Assembly: GCA_963803805.1 (NCBI GenBank)
Contig: CAWDOD010000011.1
Coordinates: 128,001 to 192,000, forward strand
DNA length: 64,000 nucleotides
Source of the DNA: an uncultured cyanobacterium
Lineage (GTDB): Bacteria; Cyanobacteriota; Cyanobacteriia; Cyanobacteriales; CAWCAG01
Direction: 5' to 3'
In this document: positions 8,806 to 18,003 of the stretch, piece by piece
Layout of the letters: each line of letters opens with the position of its first letter
Numbering within the stretch: position 1 is the stretch's first letter
Translations under genes and position numbers: made by a program
Notes under the pieces: model-generated
What the model saw: only the letters and a program-made list of their open reading frames with translations
Databases searched by the model: none
What the model was told of the DNA's origin: nothing

Positions 8806-10293
8806 ATGCTTTTCAATTCCTACGTTTTCATCTTCATCTTCCTACCCATAACCTTAATTGGCTTTTTTAGCTTAACAAGGTTTAAATTTACCAAATTAGC
8901 AACAGTTTGGTTAACAGTTAGTTCCTTTATTTTCTACGGTTATTGGAACCCTCTCTACCTACCTTTACTCATTCTTTCTGTTGTCTTTAACCATCAAATG
9001 GGGGCGCAAATTGGTAAACTTATTGCCCAAAATAATCAGAAGCAGGCAAAGGTATTTCTTTGGGTAGGAATCATCATCAACTTATTAAGTATTGGCTATT
9101 ATAAATATGCCAATTTCTTCTTCACTTCCCTTAATGATACTTTTGGTAGCAATTTCACTATTTACCGGATAATTTTACCTTTAGGTATATCCTTCTATAC
9201 TTTTACCCAGATTGCCTATCTTGTTGATGCCTATCGAGGAGAAACCGATAAATTAAACTATGACCTTTTAACCTATAGTTTATTTGTTTCTTTTTTCCCT
9301 CAACTAATTGCAGGACCAATTCTGCGCCACGATGAACTTATTCCCCAATTCCGTAAATTAAAAAACTTCGTTTTTTCTCATAAAAACTTTGCTCTAGGTT
9401 TAGTCTTATTTAGTTTAGGGTTATGTAAAAAAGTTCTCATAGCAGATAGTGTTTCTCCTTGGGTAGCTGATATTTTTGCAAATGCTACTGAGGTTAACTT
9501 TATAGAAGCCTGGGTGGGTGCATTAAGTTATACCTTACAACTTTATTTTGATTTCTCCGGCTACTCTGATATGGCTATTGGTTTAGGATTGATGTTTAAT
9601 ATCAACTTACCAATTAACTTTAATTCTCCTTACAAAGCGACTTCTATTAGTGATTTTTGGCGACGGTGGCATATTACTTTATCTAATTTTTTGAGGGACT
9701 ATCTCTACATTCCTTTAGGAGGAAGTCGCAAAGGGGAAATACGTCGCTACTCTAATTTGATTACCACTATGTTATTAGGAGGATTGTGGCATGGTGCAGG
9801 TTGGCCTTTTGTTATTTGGGGAGGTATTCATGGACTTTATTTATCTATCAACCATGCTTGGCGCAAATATGCCTTTCCTTTACCAAAAATAGTTGCTTGG
9901 TTTATAACTTTTACAAGTGTGGTTTTTAGTTGGGTACTATTTCGTGCTGTCACTTTAAGAGATGGCATAGAGATATTAACAGCGATGGTTGGCTTGAAAG
10001 GTATAGTTGTTCCTGGAGAAGCGACGGGTAAATTAGGTTTTCTAACGAATTTTGGTATTCAACTACAGTCATGGAATAATATTACCTACCTACCAGAAAC
10101 TAACGATAGCAAAATCATCACCTTAGCAGTTCTTTTGGGATTAGTACTAGCGGTTGCTTTATTACCAAATACGCAACAAATTCTCCAAAAGCTAAAACCT
10201 ACTTGGTGGTGGGCTGTTAGCATTGGTTTGTTAACTAGCTATTGTTTACTATCCCTTAACCGTGTTTCTGAGTTCCTTTATTTCCAATTTTAA
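8806..10293 (+). CDS. MBOAT family O-acyltransferase (AlgI-like)
   Basis: MLFNSY start, LPLGISFYTF, FFPQLIAGPI, LYFDFSGYSDMAIG, DFWRRWHITLS and GLWHGA motifs. C-terminal FLYFQF. Confidence 0.95.
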   Translation: MLFNSYVFIFIFLPITLIGFFSLTRFKFTKLATVWLTVSSFIFYGYWNPLYLPLLILSVVFNHQMGAQIGKLIAQNNQKQAKVFLWVGIIINLLSIGYYKYANFFFTSLNDTFGSNFTIYRIILPLGISFYTFTQIAYLVDAYRGETDKLNYDLLTYSLFVSFFPQLIAGPILRHDELIPQFRKLKNFVFSHKNFALGLVLFSLGLCKKVLIADSVSPWVADIFANATEVNFIEAWVGALSYTLQLYFDFSGYSDMAIGLGLMFNINLPINFNSPYKATSISDFWRRWHITLSNFLRDYLYIPLGGSRKGEIRRYSNLITTMLLGGLWHGAGWPFVIWGGIHGLYLSINHAWRKYAFPLPKIVAWFITFTSVVFSWVLFRAVTLRDGIEILTAMVGLKGIVVPGEATGKLGFLTNFGIQLQSWNNITYLPETNDSKIITLAVLLGLVLAVALLPNTQQILQKLKPTWWWAVSIGLLTSYCLLSLNRVSEFLYFQF

Positions 10294-10320
10294 ATCCGTT
10301 GCCTAATGAAGTAATGAATA

Positions 10321-11517
10321 ATGAAAACTTTCCCTGAAAAACCCGAGGTTGCTAAAACCAAAAAGATAAAACAGCGTCGAAAGAAACAGTATCGACATTT
10401 TACTCTTTTCCTTTTAGTTATTATTTTTCTACCAACTCTTACTGTTGGCCTATTTAATTGGCGGATTGATCCCTATGGCATTTTTAATAGTCCAGAAATT
10501 AAAGGTTTTAATCAAGCCAAACCAGAGAAGCTTAAAAATACAAGATTATTTAAAGCTGTGGCAATTACTAATCTCAAACCTATTACTATATTCCTTGGTT
10601 CTTCTCGCACAGACTACGGTTTAGAACCCAACCATCCTGCTTTAAAACAACCAGCTTATAATTTAGGTTTAGGGGCAGCAAGTCCCTACGAACTTCTCGC
10701 TTATTTAAAACACGCTATCTATAACCAAGAAAATATTGAACAAATTGTAATTGGTTTAGATGAGTTTATGTTTAATGCTAACAATGAAGCTAGCCCAGAT
10801 TTTTCCGAAGCCCGTTTAGAAACCAAAAATATTACTCTTCTTGATACTATCAACACCACATTTTCTCTAGATGCAATTGCGGCGAGTCAAGAAACTATTG
10901 AAGCTAGCAAAACTAATCCTAATTATGTTACCCATAGCCCAAAAGGTCAGTTACAGCTAAGATTGATTGATCGTGATAAATCGGCAACAGATTACCGCTT
11001 TAATACGAGTATTGGTTTTTATTTCAAGTCCTTTCCGCAAGATTATCAATTATCTCAAAAGCACTTGGATAACCTGAAAAAGATTGTCAAATTAGCCAAA
11101 GAAAATGATATAGCTATTAAAGCTTTCATTTCTCCTGCCCATGCCACTCGCTATGAAACAATTCGCGTTGCGGGGCATTGGCAAGAATACGAAGAAATGA
11201 AGCGACAATTAGTGAAGATTTTGCCAGTTTGGGATTTTTCTGGTTATAACAGTATCACCATAGAACCGATTAGCGAAGAGATTAAAAATTATATTGATGA
11301 TTCCCATTATCAAGAAGAAGTTGGTAATTTAGTTCTCAATCGTCTATTCAACTATGAAGTAGAAAAAGTACCAGAAGATTTTGGTGTTCTCGTTACATCC
11401 CAAAATATAGAATCCCATTTAGCTAAGATTCGTTCTCAACAAGCAATTTGGGAAGAGAATAATCCTGAAGAAGTAGAAATGGTGAAAGAGATTCAAAATA
11501 ACCTTGCTAATCGCTAA
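10321..11517 (+). CDS. Membrane-anchored SGNH-like protein (MBOAT partner)
   Basis: TM followed by IDPYG, then FLGSSR, YNLG, GLD, FISPAH, WDFSGYN and DDSH (DxxH). Confidence 0.65.
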   Translation: MKTFPEKPEVAKTKKIKQRRKKQYRHFTLFLLVIIFLPTLTVGLFNWRIDPYGIFNSPEIKGFNQAKPEKLKNTRLFKAVAITNLKPITIFLGSSRTDYGLEPNHPALKQPAYNLGLGAASPYELLAYLKHAIYNQENIEQIVIGLDEFMFNANNEASPDFSEARLETKNITLLDTINTTFSLDAIAASQETIEASKTNPNYVTHSPKGQLQLRLIDRDKSATDYRFNTSIGFYFKSFPQDYQLSQKHLDNLKKIVKLAKENDIAIKAFISPAHATRYETIRVAGHWQEYEEMKRQLVKILPVWDFSGYNSITIEPISEEIKNYIDDSHYQEEVGNLVLNRLFNYEVEKVPEDFGVLVTSQNIESHLAKIRSQQAIWEENNPEEVEMVKEIQNNLANR

Positions 11518-11635
11518 TTGCTATATGTAAGGGCTGGTTTGAGTGGAAACTATGATTTCAACATCAAATAAAATAAACTCGCCCCAGTCACCTAGTTGAA
11601 CAAAAATCCCATTTTCTATTTTTAAAAACTCCGGA

Positions 11636-12901
11636 GTGGTTTTTATATTTGTTAGTCAACAGGGATATATAATAACTAATCAACAAACCTCAAACCTTGT
11701 CAACTTGCTTCTACCTTCCCCTTCAGGTTCTTTCCAAATCAATCTTGTCTCTACTTCTAAAAAGAAACTTTCCCTAATTTTACCTACCTATAATGAAAGC
11801 AAAAATCTTCAGTTCGTTATTTCCCAGCTAATTAGTTTATTAGACAGTAAGTTACCAGAAAACTACGAACTCATTGTCGTTGACGATGATAGCCCTGACA
11901 AAACCTGGAAAATTGCTCAATCTTTGCTGCCGAAATATTCTCAACTCAAAGTAATTCGCCGTCAGGGAGAAAAGGGACTTTCTACTGCGGTAATTCGTGG
12001 TTGGCAAGCATCCCAAGGAGACATATTGGGGGTTATAGATGCTGATTTACAACATCCCCCAGAGATCCTGGTTTCGATGGTAAACACTATTGAAGAAGGA
12101 AGAGATTTAGTAATTGCTAGTCGCCATATAGAAGGAGGAGGTGTCAGCGACTGGAGTTTTGGGAGAAGATTTTTGTCTCGCGGCGCACAAACCATTGGCT
12201 TAGTAATTTTACCAGAAGTTGTTGGTAAAGTATCTGATCCCATGAGTGGCTATTTTTTGGTGAAGAGAGAGGCGATCGCTCAGCAAAAATTAAACCCGCG
12301 AGGTTATAAGATTCTCATTGAAGTGTTAGCCCGTTGCCATATTAGTAAAATAGCTGAAGTAGGCTATATTTTTCAAGAACGTCAAGCAGGTGAGAGTAAA
12401 GTAACCTACCAACAATATTTAGACTACCTCGTACATTTAATTGTTTTACGCCTCTATTTATGGCAAGTTAATCGCTTTATACGCTTCGGTTTAGTGGGTT
12501 TAACTGGTGTATTTGTAGATATGAGTATACTTTACCTATTAAGCGATCCTCACACCTTAGCTTGGGGGCTAACTCGTAGCAAAATTATTGCTGGGGAAGT
12601 AGCAATTATCAACAATTTCTTGTGGAATGATGCTTGGACATTTGCAGATATTGCTATCAAACAAATAGGTTGGCAACAACGTTTGAAACGCCTCTTGAAA
12701 TTCAACCTGATTTGCTTGCTAGGCTTATTTCTTAATGTCGTAATCCTCAACCTCTTATTCAACTACTTAGGTTTCAACAACTTCTCGACTGGCAGATATA
12801 TAGCTAACCTCATAGCAATAGCTATCGTTACTGGGTGGAATTTTTGGCTTAATCTTAAATTGAGTTGGCGAGTAACCCAGGTAAATAGCAAGAAAACTTA
12901 G
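11636..12901 (+). CDS. Polyprenol-phosphate glycosyltransferase (DPM1-like GT2) fused to a GtrA domain
   Basis: ILPTYNE, VVDDDSPDKT, IDADLQHPP and DPMSGYF motifs. C-terminal GtrA (RFGLVGLTG...NFLWN...WNFWLN). Start codon uncertain. Confidence 0.9.
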   Translation: MVFIFVSQQGYIITNQQTSNLVNLLLPSPSGSFQINLVSTSKKKLSLILPTYNESKNLQFVISQLISLLDSKLPENYELIVVDDDSPDKTWKIAQSLLPKYSQLKVIRRQGEKGLSTAVIRGWQASQGDILGVIDADLQHPPEILVSMVNTIEEGRDLVIASRHIEGGGVSDWSFGRRFLSRGAQTIGLVILPEVVGKVSDPMSGYFLVKREAIAQQKLNPRGYKILIEVLARCHISKIAEVGYIFQERQAGESKVTYQQYLDYLVHLIVLRLYLWQVNRFIRFGLVGLTGVFVDMSILYLLSDPHTLAWGLTRSKIIAGEVAIINNFLWNDAWTFADIAIKQIGWQQRLKRLLKFNLICLLGLFLNVVILNLLFNYLGFNNFSTGRYIANLIAIAIVTGWNFWLNLKLSWRVTQVNSKKT

Positions 12902-13044
12902 CTAGAGAGGAACTCTAAAAGTAAATCAAACGATCACAATTTCATCATAAAATATGAACTGCCAACCATACACAAATTACGAAAATGACGATAAACAAAA
13001 TTTTGCATTGTATATCTAACTTTCTCTACTTTCAGTTTTAAGCA

Positions 13045-14215
13045 ATGAAAAAAACTTTTCGCCAATATCGTCAATATAGTCTAATTTTTTTCACTAGTGT
13101 TTGCATCCCTCTATTTGGTGTAGGTTTATTTAATATTATTATTAATCCCTACGATGTATTTAGCTCTTCTGATATTCCTGGTATTAATCACGCTAAAGTC
13201 AATCAAGATAATAATGATAGGCTATCAAAAGCCACAGATATTACTCGTATTAAACCCATAACTATATTATTAGGTTCTTCTCGTACTAAACAAGGTTTAA
13301 ATCCGAGATCATCCTCAAATAGCAAAGCAGAAACCGACTTATAACTTGGCAATTAATGGCCCCAATATGTATGAGGTTAAACGCTACTTAGAACACGCTA
13401 TTGCTAATCAAGAAAACTTACAAACAGTCGTCCTTGGTGTGGACTTTTTTATGTTCAACGCCAATCTAGCAAATCAGCCTGGCTTTTCAGAAGCCAGATT
13501 AGGTAAACGCCATCTCATTGTGCAAGATTTTATTAATATTGTCTTTTCTATAGATGCTTTTAATGCTAGCAAAGAAACATTATTAGAAAGTAGAAAAGAA
13601 GCATATAAAAATGACAATTATGGAGAAAATGGCTTTCAACCCAATCGCAAAGCTGATGATGGCGAAACAAAATGGCGATTTGAACAATCTATCAAGCTTT
13701 ATTTTGAGTTACATTCTGATTATGATTTTTCCTCAGCATATTTTGCGAGTTTCCAAGAAGCAGTTAAGCTTTGTCAAGAAAATAACATTGATTTAAAAGT
13801 TTTCATTTCTCCAGCCCATGCTACCCAGTGGGAAGCTATTAGAACAACAGGACATTGGCAAGTATTTGAGGAGTGGAAAAAGAAATTGGTTGCAGTTGCG
13901 CCAGTGTGGGATTTTTCTGGTTATAACTCAATTACGACAGAACATATCAAAGCTAAAATGAATAATTATTCTGATAACTCTCACTATAACAAAGCCATTG
14001 GAGATTTAATATTAAATCGTATTTTGAGCTATCAAGAAACAGAAGTACCTGAAGACTTTGGTGTCTTATTAACCTCCGAAAATATTGATTCTCACTTAGA
14101 AAAAATTCGTACCGATAGGGAAAATTGGGTAAAGAATAATCCAGAAGAATTCAAATTGGTACAAAGAATTAAACACCAACAAGAAGCGGCAGAAAATCCT
14201 CAAAGAGATAAGTAA
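13045..14215 (+). pseudogene. SGNH-like paralog of 10321..11517, split by a 1-nt insertion at about 13306
   Basis: GSSRTKQGLNP (first ORF) continues as DHPQIAKQKPTYNLAING in the next frame, matching paralog GSSRTDYGLEPNHPALKQPAYNLG. FISPAHAT, WDFSGYNSIT and DNSH are retained. Confidence 0.8.
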
Positions 14216-14347
14216 TTAAGTTGAAAATCGACAGAGTGAGCTGTTACATATTTAAAGTAGGTTTTATTAAGTTTACCTAATTTCCCACAAATTATTGACT
14301 ATTGCCTTCCCCTAGTAACCAACTCTTTATATCTAAAAACCTGCTCA

Positions 14348-15031
14348 TTACTTCCTACCATACCAATCCCTTAACTTACTAGGGGAAACTCCCAAAAAGT
14401 AACCTATAATTGCAACTTGATTAATTAAAGTCGTCTTGAAAACTCCCAACTTTAACCAACGTCTTCCTGAAGTAATTACCTTAGCAGGGACAATATTTAC
14501 TTTCCCTAACTTCCTCAACTGACGCATCAATTCAAAATCTTCCATAATTGGTAAATTAGGAAAACCGCCTACTTCTTGAAACACAGAAGCTTTGAGGAAA
14601 ATAGCCTGATCTCCGTAGGGCATACCCAAAAATTGCGATCGCAGGTTAGCCATCTTTTCTACTAACCTAACCCCAAGCTGATCAGCATCAATTCCGAGTT
14701 GAAAAGCCCCGGCAATAGTATATGGTTTTGCCAGGGCAGAATTTACTAAATCTTTGTAACCATAAGGTAAATAACTATCTCCGTGTAGAAATAGCAAAAT
14801 ATCTCCTTTCGCTATTGCTGCACCAACATTCATTTGCACTGCCCTACCAGGGGAAGAAATAATAACCTCAACTCCCATAGCTTGAGCTAGCTTTACCGTA
14901 GCATCTTCACTGCCTCCATCCACTACAATAACCTCAATTCCTGCTGCTTCTTTTACCCTATCAACTGTTCTTTCAATCGCTGCTGCTTCATTTAAAACAG
15001 GAATAATTACTGAGATTTGGGCAACAGTCAT
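14348..15031 (-). CDS. GT2 glycosyltransferase, TIGR04283-like family
   Basis: ISVIIPVLNEA, VVDGGSED, GRAVQMN, LLFLHGD, PYGDQAIF, PIMEDFEL and TSGRRW motifs. Likely start MTVAQ at 15031. Confidence 0.88.
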   Translation of the reverse strand: MTVAQISVIIPVLNEAAAIERTVDRVKEAAGIEVIVVDGGSEDATVKLAQAMGVEVIISSPGRAVQMNVGAAIAKGDILLFLHGDSYLPYGYKDLVNSALAKPYTIAGAFQLGIDADQLGVRLVEKMANLRSQFLGMPYGDQAIFLKASVFQEVGGFPNLPIMEDFELMRQLRKLGKVNIVPAKVITSGRRWLKLGVFKTTLINQVAIIGYFLGVSPSKLRDWYGRK

Positions 15032-15327
15032 AATTAAGTAATAGCTAATAAACAATGGGTAATATGGTAAGCCGTTAGGCATTTAATTGACTTATTAGGT
15101 TTGATGGGGAGATAGGGAGATAGGGAGATGGGGGGAGGGTTTTAGGGCTTATTTCCTAGTTGAGTAATACACAGTTTAAATGCACATCAGCTTAATAGGT
15201 TAATAATATTTTCTCTATTATTATATTATGTAGGTTATAACTTCTTCCTTTTAAAAAACACTTACTGAAACCCTGTAAAGTTTTAACTTACTAGATGCGA
15301 GAAGGCTTACGCCAATAACTTTCAATA

Positions 15328-16212
15328 ATGCCTGATATTAATAAACTTCTCAAACAACTTGCTAGTCAAGAAGAAGCATTACAAAACACTCAATTTCTGG
15401 CCCCTTGTGTAGCTGGTGGTTCTCTACGTACCTCTGTTGCTAAGATAATCTACACCTTTACTCCTCAGCCCCAAAACTTTACTGGCTGGGGAATTTTCCA
15501 GGCTGTTAACCCTCAAATTGCCAAATTACTTGCAGAAGCTAGCTTACCCCAAATAACCTCTTACTTAGAATTACTACCTCCATTACGCCTGCGCCTTGCC
15601 TATCAAATAAAGCAACAAACTTGGCTAGCTTATCCCATTAACGAATCAGATATGCAACAGCGTTTCGCTAAAGCCAAACCCATAGTGGTACATTTGGTAG
15701 ATCAAGGAGGGCAATTTGAAGCCATCACTGCCCGTCTCCAAGGTTCCTATTGTTGGTTTGAAACTATAGATCGTCGTGCCAAGCCGCAACCCACAGAAAC
15801 CTTAGCTACGTATTTACAACAGGAAACCTGCCCTGAAGAAATAAAATTCCCTGGCTTAACCCCAGAAATGCTTACAACTTACCAATTAGCCTGGGGAAAA
15901 ACAAAAAACGCCCTAATCCAAAAACAACACCGCCAGCAAGTGCAGGGAAAGGCACTAAAGCAATCATCACCTCAAAACTCAGAACTTAGGTTGCAACAAG
16001 CCTTACAACAGGGAGGAGGTGAATTGAGAACATACCGCGATCGCACTGATTTTTGGCAAGTAGAATGGATAACCACAGATGGGCAACTCCACACCTCCGC
16101 AATATCTAAAGAGGATCTTACCGTAGTTAGCGCTGGAATTTGCCTGAGTGGACGCGATCACGATTTTGATCTCCAATCCTTAGTTGGGGTTATAGAACAG
16201 GAGTATGATTAA
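15328..16212 (+). CDS. Conserved hypothetical protein
   Basis: 294-aa ORF with conserved-looking FLAPC, GWGIF and SAGICLSGRDHDFDLQSLVGV segments. Function not recognised. Confidence 0.7.
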   Translation: MPDINKLLKQLASQEEALQNTQFLAPCVAGGSLRTSVAKIIYTFTPQPQNFTGWGIFQAVNPQIAKLLAEASLPQITSYLELLPPLRLRLAYQIKQQTWLAYPINESDMQQRFAKAKPIVVHLVDQGGQFEAITARLQGSYCWFETIDRRAKPQPTETLATYLQQETCPEEIKFPGLTPEMLTTYQLAWGKTKNALIQKQHRQQVQGKALKQSSPQNSELRLQQALQQGGGELRTYRDRTDFWQVEWITTDGQLHTSAISKEDLTVVSAGICLSGRDHDFDLQSLVGVIEQEYD

Positions 16213-16325
16213 ATTCAGATGATTCAATGGAAAACTTTGACTTTAATTTACCGAAATAGCCAAGAAGAAAGCGTAGGATTATAAGAACAGGGAGCAGGGA
16301 GCAGGAAAGAGCTACTGATAACTAT

Positions 16326-16356
16326 TCAGCTTGCCGTTGCCGTTAGGCATCATTGA
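16326..16356 (-). repeat. Short dispersed repeat (about 31 bp, TCAATGATGCCTAACGGCAACGGCAAGC-GA)
   Basis: Reverse complement matches 61605-61635 at 30/31 nt. Degenerate copy at 62488-62513. Confidence 0.85.
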
Positions 16357-16417
16357 TAACTGATAACTGATAAGACAGGGCATGAAGTAGATAGTTTAAA
16401 TCTGGTTAAAAGTAATT

Positions 16418-17476
16418 ATGAACAAACCTGTCATTATTTGTATAGATGACGAACCTACCGTACTTGAAAGTCTCAAAATAGAGCTAAAAAAAGCTCTAGG
16501 GGATGCTTATATAATCGAAGCCACAGAAGGGGGAGAAGAAGCTTTAGAACTGTTTAAAGAACTAATGGAAGATGAATATGAAGTAGCCTTAGTTCTATCT
16601 GATTATATTATGCCCGATATCAAAGGAGACGAACTTTTAAAACGTATTCATACCATTTCTCCCCAAACCCTGAAAATCATGCTTACAGGGCAAGCTGACT
16701 TAGAAGCAGTAAGTAATGCTATTAAGTATGCAAAGCTATACCGTTATATTGCTAAACCTTGGCAACCTGAAGATTTAAAAATTACCGTTTTAGAAGCAGT
16801 TCATAGCTATCTTCAAGATAAAAAACTCACTGAACAAAATACTAAGCTGCAACAAATGAACCAGCAGTTAGAAGAACTAAACCTTCATCAAGCAGCTTTA
16901 ATTAGGGAACGTACCTCTGAATTAGAGAAAGCCAATCAAGAATTACATCGCCTCGCTAATCTAGACGGTTTAACCAAAATAGCCAACCGCCGCTGTTTCG
17001 ATCAATATCTTACTCAAGAATGGCAAAGATTAGCTAAAATGCAACAACCTTTATCAATTATTTTTGCTGATATAGATTCTTTTAAAAGCTACAATGATCA
17101 ATACGGGCATCAAGCAGGGGATGACTGTCTGCGGGCTGTTTCCCAAGCCATGAGTTCTACACTCACTAAAGGTTTAGTGGCGCGGTATGGAGGAGAAGAA
17201 TTTGCCTTCGTCTTACCTAATACAGAAACCACAGAAGCTGTGCAAACGGCGATCGCCATTCAATCAGCCATCCAACAACTAAAAATTGCCCATCAACCTT
17301 CAACTGCTGTAAAGGAATATTTAACCCTAAGTTTAGGTATTGCCACAACTATCCCTCAACAGGAATGCTTGCCATCAACCCTAACCACTCAAGCAGATAT
17401 TGCTCTTTACAAAGCAAAAAAACAAGGTCGTAATAGATACTGTATTAACAAAGCAGGATCATCACAGGAAGCATGA
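16418..17476 (+). CDS. Response-regulator diguanylate cyclase (REC-coiled coil-GGEEF)
   Basis: IDDE, SDYIMP and KPW receiver motifs. DGLT..ANRR, DIDSFK.YND.YGH..GD and RYGGEEF. Confidence 0.95.
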   Translation: MNKPVIICIDDEPTVLESLKIELKKALGDAYIIEATEGGEEALELFKELMEDEYEVALVLSDYIMPDIKGDELLKRIHTISPQTLKIMLTGQADLEAVSNAIKYAKLYRYIAKPWQPEDLKITVLEAVHSYLQDKKLTEQNTKLQQMNQQLEELNLHQAALIRERTSELEKANQELHRLANLDGLTKIANRRCFDQYLTQEWQRLAKMQQPLSIIFADIDSFKSYNDQYGHQAGDDCLRAVSQAMSSTLTKGLVARYGGEEFAFVLPNTETTEAVQTAIAIQSAIQQLKIAHQPSTAVKEYLTLSLGIATTIPQQECLPSTLTTQADIALYKAKKQGRNRYCINKAGSSQEA

Positions 17477-17783
17477 CAATGATTTCTGCTCAGAAAAAGG
17501 GAATCTTTTAGACAGTATTACTGGTAACACCATGACTATACCTAGCAAGAATACACTGTAGAAACTTCAAAATACCTAACCAATGCTGCAACCTTAAGCT
17601 ATCTTTCCCAAATTTGCCATAACAAATAGTCAAGTATGATACCTTATTGGATAGTCACAAAACAATAGCCAAATTAAAGTATCAATGATATCTTTAGCCC
17701 ATTACTAAACTTAATTTTGGTTATAAACCTCAGTAGCATTCTACCGATATTCTAACTGCCCTTTCCTTTATTTTTCCCTTGTC

Positions 17784-17972
17784 ATGTCCCAAGCAGCAAC
17801 TTTAGAGATGGAGAATGAAGTGGCGGTACTACACAAGCTAGAAACACTCCTTTCTAGAAAATCCCAGCATAATTATCTCTATGAATTTACTGAAAGTGTA
17901 GTTGAACTCTTGGAGATTATAAAGGAGCTTAAAAAGCTAGTTCACAAACGCCTTGGAATCAAAAGGATTTAA
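17784..17972 (+). CDS. Small hypothetical protein
   Basis: 62-aa ATG ORF ending 31 nt before the second cyclase. No recognised motif. Confidence 0.3.
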   Translation: MSQAATLEMENEVAVLHKLETLLSRKSQHNYLYEFTESVVELLEIIKELKKLVHKRLGIKRI

Positions 17973-18003
17973 TTAAAATTATTAAGTCTGCTGTAGCTGC
18001 CCT

